NCBI RefSeq assembly: GCF_001194135.2
Contig: NC_068983.1
Location: 80,245,917-80,309,916 of the forward strand
Reading direction: 5' to 3'
Origin: Octopus bimaculoides
Taxonomy: Eukaryota
Length of the DNA stretch: 64,000 bases
Shown: piece after piece, positions 13,748 to 25,349 of the stretch
How the letters are laid out: each line of letters starts with the position of its first letter
Numbering within the stretch: the first letter of the stretch is position 1
Made by a program: the position numbers and the translations under genes
The notes under the pieces: generated by a model
Databases searched by the model: none
What the model was told of the DNA's origin: nothing
The model's input: only the letters and a program-made list of their open reading frames with translations

Positions 13748-14402
13748 NNNNNNNNNNNNNNNNNNNNNNNNNNNNNNNNNNNNNNNNNNNNNNNNNNNNN
13801 NNNNNNNNNNNNNNNNNNNNNNNNNNNNNNNNNNNNNNNNNNNNNNNNNNNNNNNNNNNNNNNNNNNNNNNNNNNNNNNNNNNNNNNNNNNNNNNNNNNN
13901 NNNNNNNNNNNNNNNNNNNNNNNNNNNNNNNNNNNNNNNNNNNNNNNNNNNNNNNNNNNNNNNNNNNNNNNNNNNNNNNNNNNNNNNNNNNNNNNNNNNN
14001 NNNNNNNNNNNNNNNNNNNNNNNNNNNNNNNNNNNNNNNNNNNNNNNNNNNNNNNNNNNNNNNNNNNNNNNNNNNNNNNNNNNNNNNNNNNNNNNNNNNN
14101 NNNNNNNNNNNNNNNNNNNNNNNNNNNNNNNNNNNNNNNNNNNNNNNNNNNNNNNNNNNNNNNNNNNNNNNNNNNNNNNNNNNNNNNNNNNNNNNNNNNN
14201 NNNNNNNNNNNNNNNNNNNNNNNNNNNNNNNNNNNNNNNNNNNNNNNNNNNNNNNNNNNNNNNNNNNNNNNNNNNNNNNNNNNNNNNNNNNNNNNNNNNN
14301 NNNNNNNNNNNNNNNNNNNNNNNNNNNNNNNNNNNNNNNNNNNNNNNNNNNNNNNNNNNNNNNNNNNNNNNNNNNNNNNNNNNNNNNNNNNNNNNNNNNN
14401 NN
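13748..14402. other. Assembly gap (N)
   Basis: N run flanked by (TA)n. Other gaps: 14722-14731, 19372-19956, 22025-22060, 38154-38366, 42032-42041, 46617-46631, 60736-60745, 61509-61518. Confidence 0.99.
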
Positions 14403-14467
14403 TATATATATATATATATATATGATTATATATATACTTACACAAATGCACATGCTATCATCTCTTT

Positions 14468-14830
14468 TTCATGCAAACGTTTCCATGCTAGCATGGGTCT
14501 GATAGGATATGTTGAGGCAGATTTTCTTCAGTCAACTATCCTTTTTGTGTTGCCAGCCCTCACCTGCTTCCAAGCAATTAAATATTTCTCCATGCTCATA
14601 CATGTTTTCACAGAAGATTGGAAACAAAAAGCAGCACATGTAAACAACAACTTACTATTTACATCTATCACCTTCACTCACAAAGTCTTGGTCAGCCAAG
14701 AGTTATAGTACAAGACTTGTGNNNNNNNNNNCAGCCAAGAGTTATAGTACAAGACTTGTGTAAGGTGCTGCACAGTGAGACTGAACCTGAAACCATATAG
14801 ATGGCAAGTGAACTTTTTAAACTCACAGCC
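14468..14830 (-). mobile_element. Composite SINE D (family B head plus family C-like tail)
   Basis: Head remnant at 14690-14830 and tail at 14468-14620, both on the - strand. Confidence 0.65.
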
Positions 14831-14879
14831 AAACAAACATATATGTATACATATTATATAATATATACATACGCATAAA

Positions 14880-15087
14880 ACAGACCTCACAGGTGCTATT
14901 GTCATGTAAAACGCACTCAGCCCACTCTGTAAAGTGGTTGGTGTTAGGAAGGGCATCCAGCCATAAAAACCATATCAAAACAGGCAGTGTAGCTTGGTGC
15001 AGTCTTTTGGCATACCAGCTCCTGTCAAACCATCCAAACCCATGCCAACATGGGAGACAGGCATAGGATGCTGATGATGATGATGAT
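14880..15087 (+). mobile_element. Family C-type 3' tail fragment
   Basis: ggttggtgttaggaagggcatccagcc...ccatgccaacatgg...(gat)n. Confidence 0.75.
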
Positions 15088-17484
15088 ATGCATGGAAAAG
15101 TGGACATTGAATGGTAATATACACACAACTGATAAAAACTATTCTTAATAATCTAAATTTCTAAAATCTGAAAACATCTGGGCTATATTTTGTTAGCTTG
15201 TTTTAAAATGTTAGTACTCAAGTGCTTTCATTGTAGTCTACATGTATTTGAAGATGAAAATCAGATTGCACAACTGAAAAGTGTGAAATTTTATCCAGTC
15301 TTCAAAAATTTTTTAAATAAATAAACTTAGAATATGTCATATTATTTACAGTTTAATGTTTCTGCATTGACACCAAATTATTTCTTCTACTTTAGAGTGT
15401 GTAGTATTATTTGTAATATAGGCTGAAGTTGGCTGAAGATTTCCTTGATATAAAACTGCCATTTTGTACTAATATGTAATGTGCTTACACTAGAGTAAAA
15501 TGCCTACTTTTTATTTAGATTGTTACTCCGCTTTTAAGATGTATATTGATAAAGAAAATAGATTAAAAAAAAACCTGGAAATTAAATTTTCTTAGCTGGG
15601 AAATTTAGTTAATAAGTTGTCTTCAACAGAATATTTATTTCTACTGAAAATTATCATTCTCCAAATCATTCAATTTTTTAGTTTGAGTAAAATATTTTGT
15701 GGCATTTGGGGATATCACAGTTGGTAATACTAGTATAGAATGGAATATGCAAGAAGAGAAATATATAATGCATGATTTTTCAGTTCAAAGAGCCAGTTAC
15801 ATGAGTAGCAGAAACATTTCTTTTCTTTTTTTTTATTGCAAGTAATATGTTCTTTTTCAAAATGACATTTATATCTCTTTCACAGTTTTCTGACCTTACT
15901 TTATCTATAGATGTTTGTAGTTAGTGGCCAGAGGCTATATCTTGAAAAGGATTAAATCACTTTATATTTTAATACTTTAAGTACTTCTCTTATTGATTTT
16001 ATATTCTCTTCTCTGTTTTCTTCTCTTTACAAAAGACAGTACCCTTTTACAAACATCTTTCTACTTTGGTATGAGTTAGATAAGGTTATGAAGTTGTATA
16101 GCTCAAAATATTTCTTTTAATCTGTAAATGAGCTAAGAGGGTAAAACTTACATCTATTGTCCATCTTGTTAAAACAGTCTGCTGGAGTTAGTTCATTGCT
16201 TAAGTACACTATGATTACAACATAAAATCTTCCAATGATAAAATTCATTCTTGAAGCATACAAGATTTATTTTATTTTATAATTTGTCCATAACTTTCCA
16301 CTATGCAGATGTTAGCATGAAACTTTTTATTTAGTTTTTTAAGTAGTGATTATATTTTTATTTTATTTGCTTCTGTCTATAAATCCAAATTTCTTTTGAA
16401 GATCTAAAGCAATTTTTATTCTTTCATGTTAATATTTACATTATTAAAGGTGGTGATCACAGAAATGGTATAGATACCAGACAAAATGTCTCGAGGTATT
16501 TAATTATATTCTCTGGTTAAATTAGAGGTTGACATTGGGTTCCCTCTTTTTATGGATCAATAAAGTAGTTACTAGTCAACTACTGGAGTTTAGTACTTGA
16601 ATTTATTTTAACGCTATGAATTCATACAAACTTTGTGGCTTTGTGCCAATGTGAGAAATCAATTTTCTTAGCATTGGTTAATTGACCATCCATTAAATTT
16701 ATTATTGTTCCTATTAATGCAATACAGGTGATCAAAGGATAGAGTCTCTCTAGAGAACATAGACTTAATATCTGTTGCAAGTAGTCCAGTCAAGCACTGG
16801 GGTTGATGTAACCAACATACCCCTAAAACTGCTGGCCTTATGCCAAAATTTGAAACTATTATTATTGTTGTTGTTTTACTTCTCAGAGCACTCGGTCTTC
16901 TTTGCTCTGGCAGATTCTGTAAGAATAGACAGCGGCCTATTGTCAGAGGTCTCACAGGGTCACTTTCTGCACATTATAAGCTTTCATACTTGGTTGTTAA
17001 TATTATCATGGGAGACATTCTACATCCAAGTACTAATCTCAAAATTCTAGCTGTCCCCAGCAGATCAGTTTTTGGGCTTGCTCTGCTCTCATGTCAATTT
17101 ATTATTATTATTATTATTATTATTGGAAAGTGGTGAGCTGGCAGAATTGTTAGCACACTGGGCAGAATGCATAGTGACATTTCATCCATCTTTACATTCT
17201 GAGTTCAAATTCTGCCGAGGTCAACTTTGCCTTTCATCCTTTCAGGGGTCGGTAAATTAAGTACCAGTTGTGTACTGGGGTCAATCTAATCAACTGGCCC
17301 CCTACCCCAAATTTCAGGCCTTGTGCTTAGAATAGAAAAGAATAAATTCTCCTGAGGTCAACTTTGCCTTTCATCCTTTCAGGGTCAATAAAATAAATAC
17401 CAGTTGAACACTGGGGTTGAAGTAATCAACTTTTCTCTTCCTTCAAAATGACTGGCCGTGTGCCAAAATATGAAACCATTATTA

Positions 17485-17527
<43 letters not shown>

Positions 17528-17529
<2 letters not shown>

Positions 17530-18084
17530 GAAAACTCACAGCTTATTTTGCTGGGTATGAGTGAAGTGTCAGCAGTCTACAGCCAGCAGACAAAGGTGAC
17601 ACTTGTTTACTGGTCATGCTTCAAGAACCCTGCGAAGAATTCTTGCAGTTCCAAGCAATGTTGATTTTTGTAGGTGTTCTCTCTTCACACCTGCACCGAT
17701 CTTTTTCAGCCATGTTGGTAATTGAGTGCTGATACTTCCAAGTGCACCAATTACTATTGGTATCACATCTCCTCCCTTCATTGACCACAACCTTCGTATT
17801 TCCCCACTTTAAATCGTTGTAATTGTTTATTTTTTCTTCTTTCACAATGATCCTGTTGTCACCAGGGCATGCTATGTTGATAATCATACATGTTCTTTCT
17901 TTTTTATTCACCTCAACAATGTCCAGTTTCCTATGTCTGGTCAGGTGATCACACTGAATCATTACATCCTACAGGATTTTACAGTTCTCATTTTTGGTGA
18001 CTCCCTCTGGGGTTAGTTCATACCACATCTTTGCTCTTTGTAGGCTGTGATTTCCACAAAGTTCCCAATGGATCATTCTTGCCA

Positions 18085-18085
<1 letters not shown>
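17528..18085 (-). mobile_element. 5'-truncated R4/Dong-like LINE (RLE domain plus 3' UTR) flanked on both sides by (TAA)n
   Basis: ORFs VARMIHWELC...WYE..PEGV..NENCKIL and IQCDH..RHRKLDIV...IINIACPGD. (ATT)n arrays at 17477-17527 and 18086-18133. Confidence 0.85.
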
Positions 18086-18135
<50 letters not shown>

Positions 18136-18437
18136 GGTGGAAAACTGGCAAAATCATTAGTGCATTGAACAAAATACTTGGTGACAGTTCTTCCTGCTGT
18201 TCATGTCTTGAGTTTAAATTCTGCCCTGGTTGACTTTGGATTGGAAAAATAAGTACTAGTTGAGCACTGGGATTGATGTAACCAACTAACCCTCTCCCAC
18301 ACAATTTCAAATATTGTATCCATAGCAGAAATAATTATTATCAAGGCAGCAATTTGGTAGAATCATTAATACATTGGACTAAATGCTTAGCACCAAAATT
18401 TGAAATAGTCATCATCCTCATCCTCATCATCATCTTC

Positions 18438-18468
<31 letters not shown>

Positions 18469-19147
18469 TGGTGAGTTGGCAGAATTATTACTGTGTCAGA
18501 CAAAGTGCTTAGAAGCATTTCTTCCAGCTCTTTACATTCTGAGTTCAAATTCCACTGAGGTCAACTGTGCTTTTCATCTTTGCAGGGTCGACTTTGCCTT
18601 TCATTCTTTCGGAGTAGATAAATTAAGTACCAGTGAAACACTGGGGTCAGTGTAGTCGACTAGTCCCCTCTCCAAAAATTCCGGACCTTGTGCTTATAGT
18701 AGAAAGCATCGTTATTATTATTACTATTATTATTAAAGCAGTAAACTGGCTGAATCATCAGCAGCACTTCATCCATCTTCCCATTCTGAGTTCAAATTCT
18801 GCTGAGGTCAACTTTGCCCTTCATCCTTTCAGGGTCGATAAAATAAGTACCAGTTGAGTACTGGAGTCCATGTAAACAACTAGCCCCCTCCCACAAAATT
18901 TCAGGCCTTGTGTCTATAATAAAAAGGATTATTATCATCATTATTATTATTATTGAATTTCAGAATGATCAGATTGTCAGGCAATTGCCTTGTGATATTT
19001 CCTCTAGCTCTTCAAATCCCAACAAGGTCAACTTTGTTTTCCACCCCTTCAGGGTCAATGAAATAAAGTACCGGTCGTGTATTGGGATCAGTAGGATAGA
19101 TTAATTCCTTCACCCATATTACAGGCCTTGAATTTGTGTTAGAAACA

Positions 19148-19178
<31 letters not shown>

Positions 19179-20232
19179 GGAGTGGCTGTGTGGTAAGTAG
19201 CTTGCTTACCGACCACATGGTTCCGGGTTCATTCCCACTGCGTGGCACCTTGGGCAAGTGTCTTCTACTATAGCCTCGGGCCAACCAAAGCCTTCTGAGT
19301 GGATTTGGTAGACGGAAACTGAAAGAAGCCTGTCGTATATATGTATGTATATATATATATATATATATATANNNNNNNNNNNNNNNNNNNNNNNNNNNNN
19401 NNNNNNNNNNNNNNNNNNNNNNNNNNNNNNNNNNNNNNNNNNNNNNNNNNNNNNNNNNNNNNNNNNNNNNNNNNNNNNNNNNNNNNNNNNNNNNNNNNNN
19501 NNNNNNNNNNNNNNNNNNNNNNNNNNNNNNNNNNNNNNNNNNNNNNNNNNNNNNNNNNNNNNNNNNNNNNNNNNNNNNNNNNNNNNNNNNNNNNNNNNNN
19601 NNNNNNNNNNNNNNNNNNNNNNNNNNNNNNNNNNNNNNNNNNNNNNNNNNNNNNNNNNNNNNNNNNNNNNNNNNNNNNNNNNNNNNNNNNNNNNNNNNNN
19701 NNNNNNNNNNNNNNNNNNNNNNNNNNNNNNNNNNNNNNNNNNNNNNNNNNNNNNNNNNNNNNNNNNNNNNNNNNNNNNNNNNNNNNNNNNNNNNNNNNNN
19801 NNNNNNNNNNNNNNNNNNNNNNNNNNNNNNNNNNNNNNNNNNNNNNNNNNNNNNNNNNNNNNNNNNNNNNNNNNNNNNNNNNNNNNNNNNNNNNNNNNNN
19901 NNNNNNNNNNNNNNNNNNNNNNNNNNNNNNNNNNNNNNNNNNNNNNNNNNNNNNNNTATATATATATATATATACATATATATACATATATATATATATA
20001 TATGTGTGTGTGTGTATATGTTTGTGTCTGTGTCCCCCCAACATCGCTTGACAACCGATGGTGGTGTGTTTAAGTTCCCGTAACTTAGTGGTTCGGCAAA
20101 AGAGACCGATAGAATAAGTACTAAGCATCCAAAGAATAAGTCCTGGGGTCGATTTGCTCGACTAAAGGCGGTGCTCCAGCATGGCCACAATCAAATGACT
20201 GAAACAAGTAAAAGAGTAAAGAGTAAAAGAGT
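19179..20232 (+). mobile_element. SINE family B (tRNA-like head GGAGTGGCTGTGTGGTAAG, internal TA/TG microsatellite, GTAAAAGA tail), split by an assembly gap
   Basis: A-box-like TGGCTGTGTGG and B-box-like GGGTTCATTCCC. Matches the copies at 43862 and 61487. Confidence 0.85.
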
Positions 20233-20440
20233 ATAATTAAGATGATGAGCTGGCAGAATTGTTAGCATGCTGGGTAAAATGCTTAGCAGCATTTTGTCCA
20301 TTTTTACATTCTTTGTCCAAATTCCACTGAGGCCAACTTTACTTTTCACCCTTTCAGAGCCAATAAAATAAGTATTAGTTAAGTACTAGGGTCTATGTAA
20401 TAGACTTACCCACCCTCAAAACTGCTGGCCTTTTGCCAAA

Positions 20441-20479
<39 letters not shown>

Positions 20480-20499
20480 TCCATCTTTTTTTTCTGCAG

Positions 20500-20621
20500 T
20501 TCGATTTGCACCAATTCGACCACCTCAGCTGAAGATGTTTCCAATCAAATTTGAAATTCCTCACAGTGAAGGGAAATCTGTTTTTATTGGAAGAGAGTGG
20601 CTCTTCAAAGAAATAGAAATG
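20500..20621 (+). CDS. TANC2: TANC exon 4 (VRFAPIRPPQ...VFIGREWLFKEIEM)
   Basis: Acceptor ctgcAG at 20498-20499, donor GTAAGT at 20622, 122 nt, phase 1-0. Conserved pre-P-loop motif. Confidence 0.93.
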
Positions 20622-21029
20622 GTAAGTATGCGAAGAGGTAAAAAATAACCCCTATTGTTGCATATGTAATCCTTTAGGAGAAAGCATAAATATCCGAATT
20701 TCCCACTTACATTGCTCAAGCAGAATGTGGTTTCTTATTTATGTAAAGCACACATTGCATAATTAACCAGGGAGTTGTTACTAGGTTGGAGTGTAATCTC
20801 CTTCAAATCACACTGTATTGTCTTAAAAGGAAAGGAGACATTAGATGATGTAGTCCCAGATAAGTTTTGTCGCAAAAAGTGAAAAAGTCATGGCTGGAAT
20901 GTCTTTCATTAGATATCTGCTTTATAAAAGCTGACATGATGCTAAACAACCAAGCAACACATACACCATATAAATACACACACACACACACACACATGGC
21001 ATGTATGTGTGTGTGTTGGTGTTTGTATG

Positions 21030-21100
<71 letters not shown>

Positions 21101-22060
21101 GCATGAAATAAATATCCTATACATCGCAAAGTTTTAACTCTATTCTGTAATTGAAGATTGAATTAACATATGATCAGATATAACTAATATATACTTACAA
21201 TTGCACACACACACTCTCACACACAATCATTTCGATTTTCAATGCTGCTCTAAACGGCAAGTATCTGCACTGCAATACTGCATCGTTGCAACCATCTAAA
21301 CCCTATGTTGTCTCATGTGTGATAACAATTTAACTTTATACCTTTCTTGTCATAGTTGCCCCAATAGAAGTTCAATGTTAAAATTCAATTTGAAATGACA
21401 AAGTGGCTTTTCAGCTTAAATTTATTTGAGAGTTGAAACTCCTGTGGAGTACTTATTCATGAGAATAGTGCCTCAAGCAAATTTATTAGAGCATTTTACA
21501 TTCCATTCAGAATGATTCCACATCAAAAATGCTGCTCCTTTGGAATACTACTATTATGTATACTATTGCTTCTATCTTCACAGCAGTTTTTCATCTTGTT
21601 TGTATAATGCATTCACATTACATGCCTATCCTTACATGAACTTTCTTTGCTTAGATTATAATTTAAATTTAGGTTCTTTTTTTCAATACATTTACATCCA
21701 GCTACAAAGAGTAATTGTCTTTCATCATCTGCATCATCATTGGTTCTACATCTACAGTGTTAATATATTAGAAATACCATGGAAAATCCCTTCACACTTT
21801 AAAATATAGTCTGCAAATTGACCATGTAAATGGAATCTTTTTTTTTTTGTTCTTTTTTTTTTTTGGCATTTCAACTTGAATAGAGCATGCTGGAATATAA
21901 GCCAATAAATGTTATTTGATCTAAATGTTTTGTTTTTTTTAATAACAAGCTGATATTTTTAATAAGTGGATAAAATTCTGGACCAACAAAGGATTAAATT
22001 TTTGAATCAACAAAATAGATTTATNNNNNNNNNNNNNNNNNNNNNNNNNNNNNNNNNNNN

Positions 22061-22096
<36 letters not shown>

Positions 22097-22529
22097 CATA
22101 CACACACATATATATACATCATAATTCAATTTTTGTCTACTCTTATTACCAGCAGATGTAGTGTTCTAGATATTTGACACACATTTTTAAAGCATGCACT
22201 CATAAACATAACCTCTTGGGAGGATGTTTTTACACTTCTTTTGTAATGGAAATTCTGAATTGTTATCACGCATTCTCATCTCAGTTTTATCAGTATAACC
22301 TATTGGTAGACATAGCAAAGTGCTTTATCATCTTAGCTACTGAACAAAAGTAAAACTAAGTGGCTTTATCAAAAATTCAATACAAGCATCTACAGTAGAG
22401 TACAAGCTGAAAAGTTTATCAACTGCTGTAAAAATTATATAAATATAAAACAAAAAAAAAATTGTAAAATGAAATAAAGACCATAAATTCATGAGAAACA
22501 GTTCAAAGCTTCTGGAAGTCTATTGGTGT

Positions 22530-22720
22530 AAACATAATTGAGAAAGTAAGGAAGAGGTGAGAAAAGTTAAGGGAGCTGTTGCCATTGTTGTTAGTAGTTC
22601 CTCTTTCCATGAAAAAACTAAATTGTATGATGCATGTATTGGAAGTGTGATGTTGATTGGTTGTTGAAACTTGGATAAGTTGGCAGTATAATACTAATTA
22701 GTGTAAATGACAGAACAAAG
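22530..22720 (+). mobile_element. RTE-clade LINE RT C-terminal remnant
   Basis: Broken translation KLRELLPLL...KLYDACIGSVML...ETW resembles the RTE region preceding the ETW motif. Confidence 0.6.
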
Positions 22721-23190
22721 GTGAACTGAAAAAATAGGTAATAATGGCCAAAACCAATATACATAAGAGTGATAGTTACAATGGGAAAAAAAATTGGTGA
22801 TGAGTAAACACAATCTTGAGAAACGCAAAAAAAGTGGTGAAATTAGATCTCAGGCCACTGGGTCTTATAGATGACAAAATATTACCAGACATTATACAAC
22901 CTGATTTACACATAACACCATAGAAAATGTTGATGAAGATTTCTTTCTATTTTTACTTGAATCATTTTTTTTATACAAATAAAACTGACCAAAATTAAAT
23001 TTTAGTTTGTCTATGAAAATAATTTTTCCTTTGCTTCATTAGAATGATTAAGCATGGATGTTTCTTAAAATTAGATGAACAAATATCATGGGGAAGTTTA
23101 TATCCAACTTGATTTAATTCCATTTTCTTCCACAAACAAATTCAATTTGGAATACACTTCTATTACTTTTTTAATTTTCTTTTTGAAAAG

Positions 23191-23335
23191 GCCTTGAACA
23201 GTGAATGGTCCAGTCAGACACAAGGAGTTGTACTCCAAGGAGATGTTGGTAGTGGGAAGACAGCAGTAATAGAACAACTTCTTGAATACAGTTGCTTTGG
23301 AAATAAAACCCAAGGACCTACTTTAATTAATGGAG
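23191..23335 (+). CDS. TANC2: TANC exon 5, Walker A GDVGSGKT (23239-23262)
   Basis: Acceptor AG at 23189-23190, donor GTAAGT at 23336, 145 nt, phase 0-1. Not in the ORF track. Confidence 0.93.
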
Positions 23336-23590
23336 GTAAGTGGGGTTCATGATTTTTTTTTAAATCACTAGTTTTTTTATTTTTGTTATCATGTTACCTA
23401 TTCATTTCTTTGATTTTTTTTTTTCTTCAGTTTACTTTAATTCATTTGACCCCATGTAATACCGTTTGCAATATCCTTTGGTATTTTCTTACCTTGTTCT
23501 TATGTTAACTGTTTTCTCTTTATCATCAAAATCTCACGTATAGATATATTAAGATTCATTATTTTCTTAAATTACTTATACATTTAAATT

Positions 23591-23795
23591 AATCCTTTCT
23601 ACTACAGGCACAAGGCCTGAAATTTTGGGGAAAGGGGCTAGTCAATTATATTTATCCCAGTGCTCAACTGGTACTTATTTCATTGACCCCAAAAGGATGA
23701 GAGGCAAAGTTGACCTCAGTGGAATTTGAACTCAGGACAAAACGCTGCTAAGCATTTTGCCTGACATGCTGACGATTCTTTCAGCTTGCTACCTT
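23591..23795 (-). mobile_element. SINE family A
   Basis: Reverse-complement match to the family A core and tail. Confidence 0.82.
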
Positions 23796-24184
23796 GCACA
23801 GGATTTTTTTTTCTGAATTAATACATTTAAATTAATGGTATTAATCCAGGAAAACCGGTGCATTTGTGTAAAGTGTGTTGGGTGAAGTATGCATATTCTT
23901 AGATGATAGATGTACTCCATCCTCCTTAGGTCCCTTCAAAGGTGGCACCTAAGGGTCAAATGGTGGTGTTAAACTTTTTTTCAAGCCTTCATCTTGGGTC
24001 TCCAGTCTGAGGATAGTCCATGAGTAGTGTTTTCTTCTGTCCTTCCCCAACAAGTCTCAGTGGCCCTACAAAAGGTCATCAGCATTGCTCTTTCTCTTAT
24101 CATTGAGTCATAAAATAGTAATTAAAAACTAAAAACGTTTTAGTCATATGCAAATTTAAAAGGAATTTTTCTATTTTCTTTTAG

Positions 24185-25349
24185 ATGCTTATCCAGAAAC
24201 AAATGGTAAGGACCGCCCTAGGCAGAATGGCTACCAGAGCAGTCCTTGTGGAACACTTAGCAGTCTTTCATCTTCATCAGTAGCTAGTCACAACTCTTAT
24301 TTGAGTGCATCCAGTACTAGTTTGAATTATGATTCTTTAAAGAGTCTTGGCTGCCAAGTAGTAGCCTATCATATATGTCAAGCTGACAACAACACAACGT
24401 GCATGCTACCTGATTTTGTACACAGTATTGCTGCTACATTAGCCAGAGCACCACAACTTGAAGCCTACCGTGAAATGTTACTTGTTGATCCCAACTTGTT
24501 CAATATCCTTACCATGAAGGAATGCATTCAGAATCCATACCAATCCTTTGTAAAAGGTGTCTTAGAACCTTTAAAAATGTTAAAAAGCAGTGGAAAGATA
24601 ACTTCAGACAGTTGTATAATTCTAGTTGATTCGTTAAATGAAGCTGAATTCCATCGACCTGACTATGGTGACACAATTGGCTCATTTCTTTTGCATTATT
24701 TGCACAAATTTCCTATGTGGTTGAAAGTGATTGTAACTGTGCGAACAAGTTATATTGAAATTACACGGCAGTTACCTTTCTTCCATATATCTATTGATAC
24801 TTGTGATGCCACAGTTAAAGACCTACATGATTATATCAGCTATCGCATCAATGTCAGTACTGATCTGCAGAACAATATAGCTGTCGATGAGACTGGAACA
24901 CAAAATAAATTTTGCAACTATTTGCAAACACTTAGTAATGGCAGCTTTCTTTATTGCAAATTGGTCCTGGATCTTATAGAACGTGGAAACTTAGTTCTTA
25001 AGAGTTCCAACTATAAAATTATACCTATTAATATTTCTGAAGTCTTTCTGCTACATTTCAATTTAAAATTTCCCAGTGTCAGATCTTATGAAAGGATCTA
25101 CCCAATACTTGGTGTGTGTTTAGCCTCACTTTATCCTCTCAACCAAGAAGAGATTTATGAAGCCATTAATTCAGGCTCAACAAAGAAATATATTTCTAGA
25201 GATGAATTCTTACATAGACTTGAAATACTTTCTGGGTTTCTATACCACCGTGAAACAGATAACACCTATATGTTTTTTCATCCAGCCTTTAGGGACTGGC
25301 TTATTAAAAGGGATGAAAATGAACACAGAAAGTTTTTATGTGAACTTCG
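24185..25349 (+). CDS. TANC2: TANC exon 6, NTPase core with Walker B IILVDSLNE (from 24616)
   Basis: Acceptor ttttAG at 24183-24184, donor GTGAGT at 25350, 1165 nt, phase 1-2. Contains ORF 24301..25353. Confidence 0.96.

Larger units (their letters stand above)
16447..20479 (+). mobile_element. Head-to-tail cluster of about 9-10 full and partial family A SINEs, with a nested LINE and a family B SINE
   Basis: Repeated GGTGAGCTGGCAGAAT heads or remnants near 16447, 17126, 18134, 18341, 18468, 18735, 18955 and 20236, plus 3' halves near 16790 and 17350, separated by (ATT)n or similar triplet arrays. Confidence 0.85.

Noticed and set aside
13570-14502. Long ORFs in the track spanning X runs (also 19012-20190 and 38009-38515)
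   Set aside because: They are open only because they cross N gaps and TA/CA microsatellites.
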